From positions 46,586,972-46,606,971 of the forward strand of contig NC_057719.1 in assembly GCF_004010195.1 (NCBI RefSeq): a stretch of 20,000 bases of DNA, given 5' to 3'. The translations under genes were made by a program, and so were the position numbers. The notes below the pieces were generated by a model. The model was not told the origin of the DNA. It did not search any database and worked only from the letters and a program-made list of their open reading frames with translations. Source of the DNA: Chiloscyllium plagiosum. Its lineage: Eukaryota. Shown here one piece after another: positions 1-11,677 of this stretch (positions within the stretch are counted from its first letter, which is position 1; every line of letters starts with the position of its first letter).

Positions 1-800
1 CTGAACTGTAGGCAATACTCCAAATGTGGCTACACCAGAGTTTTGTGCAACTACAACATGACCTCATGGCTTCAAAACTTAATCCCTCTACTAATAAAAG
101 CTAACACACTGCACAACTTCTTAACAACCCTATCAACCTGGGTGACAACTTTCAGGGATCCATGTACATGGACACCAAGATCTCTCTGCTCATCTATACT
201 ACCAAGAATCTTACAATTAGCCCAGTACTCTGTATTCCTGTTATTCCTTCCAAAGTGAATCACCTCACACTTTTCCTCATTAAACACTATTTGCCACATT
301 TCAGCCCAGATCTGCAGCTTATTTTTGTCCCTCTGTAACCTGCAACAGCTTTCCGCACTGTCCATAACTCCACCAACCTTAGTGTCATCTGCAAATTTAT
401 TAACCTATCTTTCTATGTCCTCATCCAGGTCATTTACAAAAATGACAAACAGCAACAGCCCCAAAACAGATCCTTGGAGTAACTGAATCCAAGACGAACA
501 CTTCTTATCAACCACCACCCTCTGTCTTCTTACAACAAGCCAATTTCTGATCAAAACAACTAAATCACCCTCAATCACATGCCTCCATATTTTCTGCAAT
601 AGCATACAGTGGGGAACCTTATCAAATCCCTTTCTGAAGTCCATATACAATACATCAACTGCTTTACCCTCATCTACATGCTTGGTCACCTTCTCAAAGA
701 ACTCAATAAAGTTTGTGAGGCATAATCTACTCTTCACAAAACCACGTTGAATATCCCAAATCAAATATTCCTTTCTAGATGATTATAAATCCTGTATCTC
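1..800 (-). mobile_element. CR1-clade LINE fragment (ORF2 reverse transcriptase remnant, subfamily 'B'); runs off the window edge
   Basis: Minus-strand ORFs 405-764 and 72-365 give QRGFVKSRLCLTNFIEFFE, DVLYMDFRKGFDKVPH, QGSVLGLLLFVIFVNDLD, KCEVIHFG and QRDLGVHVH, which are CR1 RT motifs. Stops and frameshifts are present. Colinear with the copy at ~14490-15230. Confidence 0.95.
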
Positions 801-1253
801 AGTCAAGTTAAACCTTGATGCCAAGACCAATCCTTCTCACCATTCGCTCTACGATTCAACTCTTTACCCTACATTCGAACCAAGGCTGTAATGAAGTCAG
901 GAGTTGAGTGGCCTAGCAGAACCCAACTGGGTATCAGTGAACAGGTGATTGGTAAGCAAGTACACCTTTCAACACTTACTGATGGTTGAGAGTAGACTGA
1001 AAGACCAGGAAATTACTGGCTACTTTCATGCACAGGTCATACCATAGCAAGTTTCCACATTGTACGGGTATTGTGACTGTTGTGAACATGGCTAGTCTGG
1101 GAGACAATTTGTCAATATTATTGAAGGACCATCATCAGAGCCCATAGTCTTTGTGGTATCTAGTGCTTTCAGCCATTTCTTGATATCATGCAGAGTGAAT
1201 CTATTTGGCTGCAAGCTGGCATCTGTGATGTCGGATATGTCTGAAGGCAGCTG
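801..1253 (-). mobile_element. Old decayed non-LTR LINE, different family from the CR1 copies (clade uncertain); RT N-terminal part
   Basis: Manual minus-strand translation across frameshifts gives MWKLAMV*PVH (~1030-1061), SLLSTISK (~975-1000) and HLLTNHLFTDTQ..GHSTPDFITAL (~880-960). These match non-LTR RT motifs WKxAxVxP, ISLLS and QFGFR. Confidence 0.75.
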
Positions 1254-1620
1254 AGAGTCATAAAGTCATAGTGATGTACAGCACAGAAACAGACCTTTGG
1301 TCCAACTCATCCATGCCAACCAAATATCCCAACCCAATCTAATCCCACCTGCCAGCACCCAGTCCATATCCCTCCAAACCCTTTCTATTCATATATCCAT
1401 TCAAATGTTGCAATTGCCTTTTAAATGTTGCAATTGTACCAGCCTCCACCACTTCCTCTGGCAGCTCATTCCATACACGTATCACCCTCTGCATGAAAAA
1501 ATTGCCCCTTAGGTCTCTTTTATATCTTTTCGCTCTCACTCTAAACCTATGTCCTCTAGCTCTGGACTCTCCCACCCCAGGGAAAAGACGTTGTCTATTT
1601 ACCCTATCCATGCCCTTCAT
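1254..1620 (-). mobile_element. 5'-truncated CR1 3' end (subfamily 'A') inserted in the older LINE
   Basis: ORF 1339-1668 contains RARGHRFRVR..RGNFFMQRVIRVWNELPEEVV, the CR1 ORF2 C-terminus. The 3' UTR and TATGACTC-type tail match the copies at 2620 and 13657. Confidence 0.93.
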
Positions 1621-2265
1621 GATCCATTCAGGAATTCTAGTTGAAGGTGCAAGGTTGATGTCATCCATTGTTCAGGATGGGAATATTTGTGGAGATTCCA
1701 TGTATTTTTAGTTCCTTAATTGCTCACCACCATTCACGACTGGATGTGGCAGGTCTGCAGAATTATGTTTAGCCTCAGTAAGTTAACCCCTCATTTTTAG
1801 GCATGACTGGCACTGCTCCTGGCATTCCCAACTGAGTTCCTCATTGATCCAGTTTGGATCTCCTGGCTTGATGGTAATGAGTGAGTGAGGCTTAAGCCGG
1901 ATAATGAGGTTACAATTAAAAACAATTCGGCTGCTTTCACGACAGTGCATCATGGATACCTGGCTTTGAATTCTTAGATCTGCTTAAAATTTGTCTGATT
2001 TGTAATGGAGATACTGCCACACAACATGATGGAGGGTCTCCTCAACATGAAGATGAGAATTTGTCTCCACATGAGATGTCTGTCAATTAATCCTAATGGT
2101 ATTGTCATGGGCAAATCCATCAGTGACAGGCTGATTGCTGTGGACAAAGTCATGTAAGCTTTCCCCTTTGTTGGTTCCCTTATTACATGCTATAAACCCA
2201 GTCCAGCATCTGCGTCCTTCTGGAATTGGCATGCTTAGTCATCAGTGGACAAAAGATAGAAAAAC
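1621..2265 (-). mobile_element. Continuation of the old LINE (linker and endonuclease-end remnants)
   Basis: The minus strand gives PATSSREWW (~1725-1755), ITIKPGD (~1857-1878) and an EPTKG..LDF-like stretch (~2145-2180). The order is colinear with 801-1253. Confidence 0.6.
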
Positions 2266-2282
2266 TGGCGATGTTATTAATC

Positions 2283-2590
2283 AAAAACAAAAACAGAAAT
2301 TGATGGAAAAGCTCAGCAGGTCTGGCAGCATTTGTGGAGAGAAATCTGAGTTAACATTTAGGGTCAAGTGACCCTTCCTCAGAACTGGTCAGTTTATGTG
2401 CAGAAAATGGGGTGGGGTACAAAGTAAACGACAGTGGGGATAGACCCAAAAGAGAGAGAGAAGAACAGTGCACGAAGGAGTGGAGAACAATCTGGCTGGA
2501 AGGATGAATAGCTAATAATGGGGACTGTTAGTGGCTAACAATTGGTTGTGTGTAGTAGCAGATTTATGAGGAAGGGTCACTCGACTAGAA
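2283..2590 (-). mobile_element. Penelope-like pseudo-LTR fragment with decayed hammerhead motifs in both orientations
   Basis: 2305-2388 resembles the arms at 11476-11678. The minus strand has CTGAGGA-AGGGTCACTTGACC (~2362-2382), and an inverted partial copy TGAGGAAGGGTCACTCGAC is at ~2567-2585. Confidence 0.75.
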
Positions 2591-2769
2591 CCTATTTATC
2601 TCTGTCTTAAATACACTCATAGAGTCATAGAGATGTACAGCATGGAAACAGACCCTTCGGTCTAACCCGTCCATGCCGACTAGATATCCCAACCCAATCT
2701 AGTCCCACCTGCCAGCACCCGGCCCATATCCCTCCAAACCTTTCCTATTCATATACCCATCCAAATGCC

Positions 2770-3993
2770 TCTTAAATGTTGCAATTGTACTAGCCTCCAC
2801 CACTTCCTCTGGCAGCTCATTCCATTAACGTACCACTCTCTGTGTGAAAAAGACCCCAGGGAAAAGACTTTGCCTATTTACCCTATCCATGCCCCTCATA
2901 ATTTTGTAAACCTCTATAAGGTCACACCTCAGCCTCCGACGCTGCAGGGAAACAGCCCCAGCCTGTTCAGCCTTTCCCTATAGCTCAAATCCTCCAACCC
3001 TGGCAACATCCTTGTAAATCTTTTCTGAACCCTTTCAAGTTTCACAACATCTTTCCAATAGGAAGGAAACCAGAATTGCACAAAATATTCCAACAGTGGC
3101 CTAACCAATGTCCTGTACAGCCACAACATGACCTCCCAACTCCTGTACTCAATACTCTGACCAATAAAGGAAAGCATACCAACGCCTTCTTCACTATCCT
3201 ATCTACCTGCAACTCCACTTTCACAGAGCTATGAACCTGAAATCCAAGGTCTCTTTGTTCAGCAACACTCCCTAGGACCTTACCACTAAGTGTATAAGTC
3301 CTGCTGAGAATTGCTTTTCCAAAATGCAGCACCTCGCATTTATCTGAATTAAACTCCATCTGCCACTTCTCAACCCATTGGCCCATCTGGTCAAGATCCT
3401 GTTGTAATCTGAGGTAACCCTCTTCGCTGTCCACTATACCTCCAATTTTGGTGTCACCTGCAAACTTACTAACTGTACCTCTTATGCTCGCATCCAAATC
3501 ATTTATGTAAATGACAAAAGGCAGAAAACTCAGCATCGATCCTTGTGGCACTCCACTGGTCACAGGTCTCCAGTCTGAAAAACAATCCTCCACCACCACC
3601 TTCTGTCTTCTACCTTTGAGCCAGTTCTGTATCCAAATGGCTAGTTCTCCCTGTATTCTGTGGGATCTAAACTTGCTAATCAGTCTCCCATGGGGAACCT
3701 TGTTGAACGCCTTACTGAAGTCCATATAGATCACATCTACCGCTCTGCCCTCATCAATCCTCTTTGTTACTTCCTCAAAAAACTCAATCAAGTTTGTGAG
3801 ACATGATTTCCCATGCACAAAACCATGTTGACTATCCCAAATCAGTCCTTATCTCCGGCACCTCACCTGTGACTATCAATGATGCAAATATCTTAGCAAG
3901 AGGCCCAGTAATCACTTCCCTAGCTTCCCACAGAGTTCTAGGGTACACCTGATCAGGTCCTGTGGATTTAGCCACTTCTATGCGTTTCAAGAC
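2770..3993 (-). pseudogene. CR1 ORF2 remnant (reverse transcriptase; endonuclease missing)
   Basis: Contains KSTGPDQVYPRTL, HGKSCLTNLIEFFEEVT, YMDFSKAFNKVPH, SGVPQGS, YINDL and SKFAGDTKIGG (catalytic FADD changed to FAGD), with frameshifts. Confidence 0.92.
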
Positions 3994-4506
3994 CCCAATG
4001 TAGACAATGACCTCCTGCTGGCCCCTCTCCCCCGTGAGAACATTCTGCACCCTCTCTGAGACATACTTGATCCTGGCACCAGGGAAGCAACACACCATTC
4101 TGCTTTATCGCTGCTGGCCACAGAAGTATCTGTCTGTATCTTGAACTAGAGAATCCCCTAACACAATTATTCTCTTGGAACCCCATCTACCCCTCATTCC
4201 ATTAGAGCCAGTCTCAATACCAGAAACTTGGCTGTTCGTGCTACATTCCCCTGAGAATCCATCACCCCCTACATTTTCCAAAACAACATACCTGTTTGAA
4301 ATGGGTATATTCACAAAAGACTCTTGCACTAGCTGCCTACCACTCTTACCCTTCCTGGAGTTAATCCATCTATGTGACTGTATCTGAGACATTCCCCCCT
4401 TCCTATAACTGCCATCCATCACATACTGTTGCTGTTGCAAATTCCTCATTGCTTCTGTCACTCCAACCAATCCATTCGATCTGATAAGATTTGCAGCCAG
4501 CAGCAT
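3994..4506 (-). pseudogene. CR1 ORF1 remnant with SGNH/GDSL esterase-like domain
   Basis: IPISNRYVVL, RIIVLGDSLVQDTD, VCCFPGARIK and VIVYIG match esterase blocks I-III known from CR1/L2 ORF1 proteins. Frameshift near 4100 and truncation at ~3994. Confidence 0.85.
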
Positions 4507-4914
4507 TTATGACAGATACAATCCACAGTAACCCTTAAACTCTCTTTAAACTCCCACATCTGACAAGAAGTACATATCACTCTATTAAAGGCCAGTTTTG
4601 CTCCTTCACAATCTACAGATCCAGAAAATAACACCATCTTATTCCTCTACAAACACTGGCTCATATTTTAAGTTTAATCAAGAGACATATCTCCAAAAAT
4701 ATATAATCAAGAAAGAACCCACTCTACTCACTGCTGCAGATTCCCTGTAGGCCACACTTAAAACAACAATTAACTTATCTGATTCTGTGCTGTGAACTTC
4801 GTCCAACAGTTCCTCCAAGATTAGTTGTGAATTTCACTGTTGTTATTTTCCCAGATGCACTCTGATGCCCAGCGATACACGAATTCAAACAGCAAAGGCA
4901 GTAACTGTGCAGGT

Positions 4915-4934
4915 TCTCTCTCTCTCTCTCTCTC
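4915..4934. repeat. (CT)n microsatellite in the CR1 5' UTR
   Basis: Run of about 10 TC units seen directly. Confidence 0.9.
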
Positions 4935-5169
4935 CTGCACTGTCCTCACCATGTGCTTCCTTTGTCTGTTCTTCTCCCTTTTAAAATTGCTGTTGGTTTG
5001 ACTTTTTTTACCAAAGTTCCAAAACAATGCGACAGCATATAAAACAGTAATTGCTGCTGCTGGAATTCGAGGAAATCATCTCCAGCACCTAAAATACCTC
5101 AATAAAGGAGCAGCTGTTACAGTCAGAAATTTTTCCTGTCCTCCATCTTGGATTACCCAGAATCCTCTC

Positions 5170-5735
5170 AATACACCCAATGACTTGGCCTCTACAGCCT
5201 TCAATGACACTGAGTTCCACAGATTCACCACCTTCTGAATGAAGAAATTCCTCCTCATCTCTGTTCTAAAGGGCTGTCACTTCACTGTGAGGCTATGGCC
5301 TTAGGTCCATGTCTCTCCTACGAGTGGAAACATTTTCTCCATGTCTACTCTATATAGTCTTCTCAATATCCTGTTAGTTTCAATTAGATTCCCCCCTTAT
5401 CCTTCCAACTCCATTGTGTACAGACCCAGAGTCCTCAACTGCTCCCCATAAGCCAAGCCCTTCATCCCCAGGATAATTCTAGCAAACTTCCTCTGCAGTC
5501 CCTCCAAGGCCAATCCATCCTTCGTCAGTTATGGGGCCCAATACTATGGTCTGACTAGAGCTTTACAGAGCCTCCGCAGTAGATCTCTGCTCTGGTATTC
5601 TAGATGTCTTGAAATGAATGCCTTCCTAACTGCCAAATGAACCTGCAAGTTAAAAGAATCCTGAACCAGAACTCCCAAGCCTCTTCAGATTTCTGAAGTC
5701 TTTCCTTGTTTAGAAAATGGCCTTTTCTTCCTATC
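5170..5735 (-). mobile_element. Older CR1 3'-region fragment, the host of the 2620-5169 insertion (left piece at ~2589-2619)
   Basis: ORF 5076-5258 begins MRRNFFIQKVVNLWNSV..AVEA, the CR1 ORF2 C-terminus. The sequence reads continuously with AACCTATTTATCTCTGTCTTAAATACACTCA at 2589-2619. Confidence 0.85.
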
Positions 5736-5894
5736 TCACTTCTGGGGGGTAAAATACAACTGATGAAACCATTCTTCTCAGGAGTTCGGCCATGAGTATC
5801 ATTGGATTGTGCTAAGTCTAGAAATAATGGGTGAAAACTGGGAGGGTGGGAATATTGATTTTTCTCTCTCAGAATTCTTACATGATAATTTAAA

Positions 5895-5910
5895 ATATAT
5901 ATATATATAT
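5895..5910. repeat. (AT)n microsatellite
   Basis: About 8 AT units seen directly. Confidence 0.85.
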
Positions 5911-8900
5911 TTCAACATTAGAGATATGAAACTACAAACAAAACAAATAGCTTTCAGCATAGATTATATGGCTAATGCAACTCATTGTGGATACACTTTC
6001 ATATTTGCTTGGCCCTCTCTTTTCATTATGCCGTTGCAACACTGCAACAAGTCAATGATTTACAATTAAACATTTTCTCATTTCCTATTGTGTTTTTATA
6101 GAGACTGTTTTGCGTTGTCAGCTGGGACAGACATTATAATGTGCTTCCCACTTCAAAAATGGGTGGCTTGAATCCAGAATGATCATGATTTCAAGAGCTA
6201 ACCATGAAAGTGTGTTAGCCCCCCTTTCCAATGTTACTGTTGAAATCAAGCATCTATCAGGCTGACTAAAGAAACTGATTAGCTGCAACCTGCTGTACTA
6301 GTAGATATTTCAACTAACACAGAATGCTGTGGTTGATGCCAACTGTGCATAGATGTTCATGATATATACTGAAAAATGCATGGACTAGCAATTGTAAAGT
6401 TAGCTAAAGCATTAACTTTTGGTCTTTCTGAATAATTTGAAGGGGGCCATGGCAGCAACACAGTGCCATGGTTATAAAGACATGAACGAAGTAGAAAATA
6501 TGTCAAAAGATTATAATCATTTGACTTGGAGTTCGGGTTTTGAAAATGTTTGGTTTAAGAATATTGTAAGACTGATTGAGAAGGGACACTCGAGTATTTT
6601 ACAATTAGGAGATCTTGTGAAAGAATGAATTAGTGTATGGTAAGAAGGTTGTTTAAAATATTACATTCAGAGAGCACTTTAACGATATTAGTTAATGAAT
6701 ATGGTGTCATGAAATAATTGCAGATTTTTGTGTAGGCCATGGTTGAACCAGTAAAAATTCAAATGCAACAACTCTTGCATTTCTAGATAATTACTTACAA
6801 AATAGTAGCAACTTTTATGATACCACATCTCTTTCCTGGCTGGCTAGACACAGAAAGACAATTTGGAAGAATGAAGGAAAAATCTGAACAATGGAAAAAG
6901 TTTGCAAAAAAGTCACAAAAAATAGTTATATATCTTAGAAATTACAAATTCTCTTTATATAATGATTTGAACACAGTAACTTTCAGGGCATGCATTCCTT
7001 AGTGTTTTATTTTAGGATTGAGCCTTCTGATTGACTTATTTACTTTAGAGCAACTGGAATTGAATTGATAACTTCAATAAACTTTATAACAATTCCTTAA
7101 TGAGCATCCTTTCAAGCTTACCCTATTAAAAAGCGTTTCATTCTTAAGAGTCTGACTAATCCCAAGGGATCATGCAAATCCTCATTCTAAGTGGCCTGGG
7201 AAATACAAATTCTTTTCAAAAATCATATCAGCCATTGTAAATTATTCATTTTGAATATTTTCAGACATCTGTCATATGCAGGTGCGAGAGGGATTTGTTC
7301 AGAGGATGCCTGGAATACTTCTATAAGTAAAGAGTGATTATTAACTGCTGGTGTGAGCCCTTTATGCCACTACCAGCTATTAGTTGTTGGCTCAAGTCCA
7401 GGAACATCCACTTTGCAGTGGATTCTGCCACCAAGGGAAAGGTCATGAAGGGCTACTCTTTATTCCTGTTAGTACGTTCCAACATAATTAGCAGAAGTTG
7501 TTCTCCAGATGGTTTCCTTCCTGTCAGCAAGTACCTATGGTTTAATGATCTGTCTTGGATTCCTCATTTCATTGGGTGAGGTTTAGAGCAAAATTATACA
7601 CTTTGATCCACCCTAATTCTTTCCTAAGAATTCATGAGATTGTGAGAATTAATAGCTGATGTAGGAAGAGAAAGCGACTGCACAGCTCTCATTGCAAACA
7701 AGTTCTTTTGACATACAATAGTTCTTTATAAAAATAGTGTGCACACAGTATCCATTCATTAATCCTGGCTACAAATTCTTATCAAACCAATTCGAGAGTT
7801 TTAACACAATGAAGTTTTGGAAATGCTGTCTGTGCTTTCCAAGGGATCTCAAACTCACTCTTCTCCTTGTGCTCACTACTCCTCTTGGGTAAACTGGTAA
7901 CCCTTCAAAGTCAAAATGTATTCAGCAAGCATCAAACGCAATCACATTTTGCACTTTTAAAATCTGCATTGAATATAAAGTTTTTATAGTCTGCTAATTA
8001 TTTTGAAAAAACTATAAATGCCTTGATATAATTTGAATTTTTTTTTTGTTACGACCAGGAGTTTCACCAAGTTGCTATATTTCCAGCTGGGTTACCCCAA
8101 TTTGTCAAGCTGCTTCTTTATGTCCCTGCTTCCTTGGTTGGTTACAATAAGATTCATTTTTGGAAGGATCCCCTCTCTTGTCAATACCTTTCACCCGCAT
8201 GAAATGAATTTATGTTTCAAAAGGGAACCAGTTTAACCAACTGAATTAATGAGAGATAGCGAGTTACTAAACACAAGAAGAAATGTTAAAATGAAATATA
8301 TTCACACAGCTTAGAATTAAGAATTAAGTCCAAAAGCAGATGAAAGTTAAAAGATATGCAGAACAGTCTCTATGGGCTATTCATGAAGAGTAGGTAGTGA
8401 AATGTTGAAAGTTGAACTTTGCAATTCTTGTCATTTGAAATCATTTTATTCTCTTTTCTTTTGATGGTAGCTGGTGGGCAGCACCCAGAGTGAGAGTCCT
8501 TTACCTACAATGCAAGGCTGACTAGTGATCTGTTCTTTGACTGTGACCTACACAGCATACTAGCACTCAAAGCCAGGTTGGTGTGTACAAATATCTCAGT
8601 CCACTGGCACACATGAGCAGCTGAGCTGATTAACACATTCATTCACTAGCACACTTCGCTAAAGGTTGAAAAGGCTCTTAACCACTTTTCTAATGCATTC
8701 TTGAAAGGGGAAGACAAAACATTTTTCATTTTCCATTCGACTGACTTGTTTTCCATCATGTTTGCAATCTGAGATAATATTTAAGTCTGTCACTTTGAAG
8801 CTTCCTTGGCAGCTCATCATGCGTAACATTCTACACAGCCACTGAATTTATATCCACAATCATCTTTTGGCTGAATATCCTTTTTATTTGAAAAGAAAAA

Positions 8901-11443
8901 AATTCAATATGCTTGTAAGAACTTTGGGATTTCTCTGACGTCATGAGATTTTACTTTAAATACATTCAAATGAGATGGAAATTTGTGGAATATGGCCAGC
9001 CAGTAACTCAACACCAATAGGATACGATTGAAAGAGAGAACAGAGAAGTTAGAGGAAAACTTTTTCACATAAAAGTTAATAAGGTATGGATACATCATTT
9101 CTAGCTATTTAAACCAAGATTATAACATAACTTGAAAAGAAAATGAAACTTGAAAGAAAAATGAATAAACATTTTGAAATGAAAGAAAGGGTAGTGAAAT
9201 AAGATTAATTTGGGTGGCACTAGTTGAAAACTTAGCATCTGCAACAGCTCAATTCTCCAAATGCCTTCCTTTTGTGCTGTAAAATCTATTTCCAAGGAGC
9301 TTCTATATCCTTCTTTAACATAGATATCTTCAGTTTCAAAATGCATCCTTTTGACTTTGAGTATAATAATTTCATGATGGGCACTTAATTCCTGAAAAGT
9401 TGAGCTCAGAAGCCCAAAGCCTTAAGTGTGCTTGAGATTCTCAGTATATGCTTGTGCAGGTGATGAGCACAAAAAGAGGCAGGACCTGTGCACAAGCTGT
9501 GCACTTTGCTCATTAGACCCTTTACATCTATGTTCATTAACCAGCTGTCCTGTAACATAGCTGGAATGTTTAAGCAGCACTGCAGCTGCACATTGCCAGT
9601 TTGGAATAGGTCCTGAAGGGAAGGCCAGCATTAAAATGAAAAGCTTAAAACTGAAACCTTTGCTGTTTGTCCCCATTGCCTCCTAGTACAAATGTGCACA
9701 ATGCACACATGCCTATTATTATCCCTCAACACAGTCACCGGTGTCACATCATACACCTGAAATCTTCTAGTCTACAATCAAAAGCCAGGAGTCCTTTACT
9801 CAGTTGTTGCTGCTCAGTAACTATTCTCCTGCCATACTGTGATACATCCAGAATGTGCCAGTGGATGACCTTGTCTGATTTGTTGCTTTGCTGTTTAATA
9901 CCGAGCTCCAATACAAACAAAATTATTACCTGTAAATTTCTATGTTTTTTCAAGAATGCTGGACCACAAACCAAAAACAGTGATCAGGATGTACTCTCAT
10001 TTAATTTTGTTAGGTGTCGCACACTCTTTTGATTATTATACTCCCAAGAAGTGTGCTTTTGAAACTTACTTTCCAGTTTCTTCCATCTTCCATCTGAAGG
10101 GTCCACATCTGAAGAAAACATGCCATTTAGTCCATTGAGCATGCATTTGTTGTGTCATTAGGCCTTTGGCTGTATTGTACCAATTTTATTGCTGTCCTTT
10201 CTTCTTATGTGTAATGTTCTTACATCCATGGGCCCATCTCCCTTTTTATAGCCAGGAATGATTGTGCATCCATGAACTTGTAGTATTTAACCATTGTATA
10301 CTTTGTGTGAAACTGTTTGAATTTTTGATTCCATTTAAAATATTATAGTAATTGGTCTGCAATGCACCCGTATTACAGTACTGACAGCCTGTAGTCCAGG
10401 AACCTATTTAAAGACATCCAACCTGATCGTAGATTGAACAATTTTTCAGGTATCCAGGGTGCCACATAGCAGTTATGGGTCCTTGCATATATTAATCCTA
10501 GGGTTAATGCCAGATTTCAGACCCCTCTGATTTTGGCAGCCCCAAGACTGCCCAAGCACTCTCCTCTATGTTTTATTAACACGAATCTATCCAAGCAAAC
10601 AATTGCCATCAAAAAGGTTAGCGAAAACTTCTAAAAATAAATTTAGATGAGGAGCCAGGAAGAGCAGAATTTTTTCTTTCAACTCTGCAGCACTCCTGAA
10701 TACAACCACCAGTTCAATCACGACCACTCCCTGCTCCTTTCCTGAGGCTGATCTAAGTAAGATGGCAAGGCTCAAAGTGATATCTGTAGAAAAACATATT
10801 GTCTATCAGACCATCGCTAGTTGATCACTCTGAATGTTAGATCTGGTCCAATTTCAATCAGCCTTAGACCTTGGGCATGTAAAGTTGCTTCCCTGCCTTC
10901 ACTCCCAGAACCTGGTTCTAAGCAGAAAGGAGATACTCAGCAAGTTTGGCATCATGTGTGGAAATTGAAAGAGAGCATGAAACCTATATGATTCTTCTTC
11001 AGAACTGAAGAGAGGTGGAGCATGATGGGTTTTATGTTGTTGAAAAGTAAAAGAGGAACAAATGGAACAAAAGGGAAGGTTGGGTAAATGTTAGAGGGTG
11101 AGGGAGACTTGAGATCAAAGATATCATAGAACTAAAGGCAAAGGGAGTGGTAATGGTTGTAGGAAAATGAAAAGCATTAGTCCAGAGTAGGTGTTAATGC
11201 CAGAATAAAGCTCAGCTCTGTAACTGAAATCCAAAATGTGAAAACATGGTGCAGACATGTTGGTGAAAAATAATGTCAAAATGGAGGACAATGTTCAGTG
11301 CCTGAAGCTGTTGAATGCAATGTTAAGTTAAGAAGGCTATAAAATGTCACCACCAACATGGTGCTATTATCGAACACATCTTCTATTGCGCTCACTGTCT
11401 GCATTCTGAAGAGACAGTTTAGTTCTGGGTTACTCCTCTATCA

Positions 11444-11677
11444 GGAGAAAGTGAGGTCTGCAGATGCTGGAGATCAGAGATGGAAATGTGTTGCTGGAAA
11501 AGCGCAGCAGGTCAGGCAGCATCTAGGGAACAGGAGAATCGACATTTCGGGCATTAGCCCTGAAGAAGGGCTAATGCCCTGATTCCTGAAGAAGGGCTAA
11601 TGCCCGAAACGTCGATTCTCCTGTTCCCTAGATGCTGCCTGACCTGCTGCGCTTCTCCAGCAACACATTTCCATCTC
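11444..11677. mobile_element. Young Penelope-derived fold-back insertion, 234 bp, with 14-bp TSD
   Basis: Inverted arms 11476-11561 and 11593-11678 match at 84 of 86 bases. Direct repeat TTACTCCTCTATCA at 11430-11443 and 11678-11691. Confidence 0.9.
11581..11618 (+). ncRNA. Minimal type I hammerhead ribozyme motif (Penelope type)
   Basis: GATTC-CTGAAGA(11586-11592)-A-GGGC TAAT GCCC (stem II)-GAAA-CGTC-GATTC. The core boxes CUGANGA and GAAA are intact, helix III is reduced to the palindrome ACGU, and the predicted cleavage is after GUC at 11613. Confidence 0.8.

Larger units (their letters stand above)
2620..5169 (-). mobile_element. CR1 LINE with both ends retained (5' UTR, ORF1, RT, 3' tail) and several internal deletions
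   Basis: Tail at ~2620-2635, RT ORFs 3042-3818 and 2929-3177, ORF1 remnants 3994-4506, and 5' UTR to ~5169. Flanked by AATACACTCA (2610-2619) and AATACACCCA (5170-5179), a probable TSD. Confidence 0.88.

Noticed and set aside
43..258. Plus-strand ORFs over CR1 copies (also 1297-1711, 2765-2983, 3511-3729, 14488-14891)
   Set aside because: They are antisense shadows of LINE ORF2.
2360..2590. Hammerhead-like motifs here, at ~10980-11005 and at ~13929-13956 as active ribozymes
   Set aside because: The core CUGANGA or GAAA boxes are mutated, so they are kept only as Penelope remnants.
3042..3818. 258-aa RT ORF as a functional or domesticated gene
   Set aside because: The catalytic motif is FAGD, the N-terminal RT part is deleted, and the C-terminus is frameshifted.
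5759..5790. CTGATGA as a hammerhead core or snoRNA box
   Set aside because: It has no stem II/GAAA partner or box C/D architecture.
7330..7580. Possible ancient LINE RT remnant on the minus strand
   Set aside because: The resemblance is only vague and no clear motif could be recovered by hand.
5809..10775. Short ORFs in the unique region as host exons
   Set aside because: They show no recognisable domain, many begin at non-ATG codons, and I found no consistent in-phase splice-site pairs.
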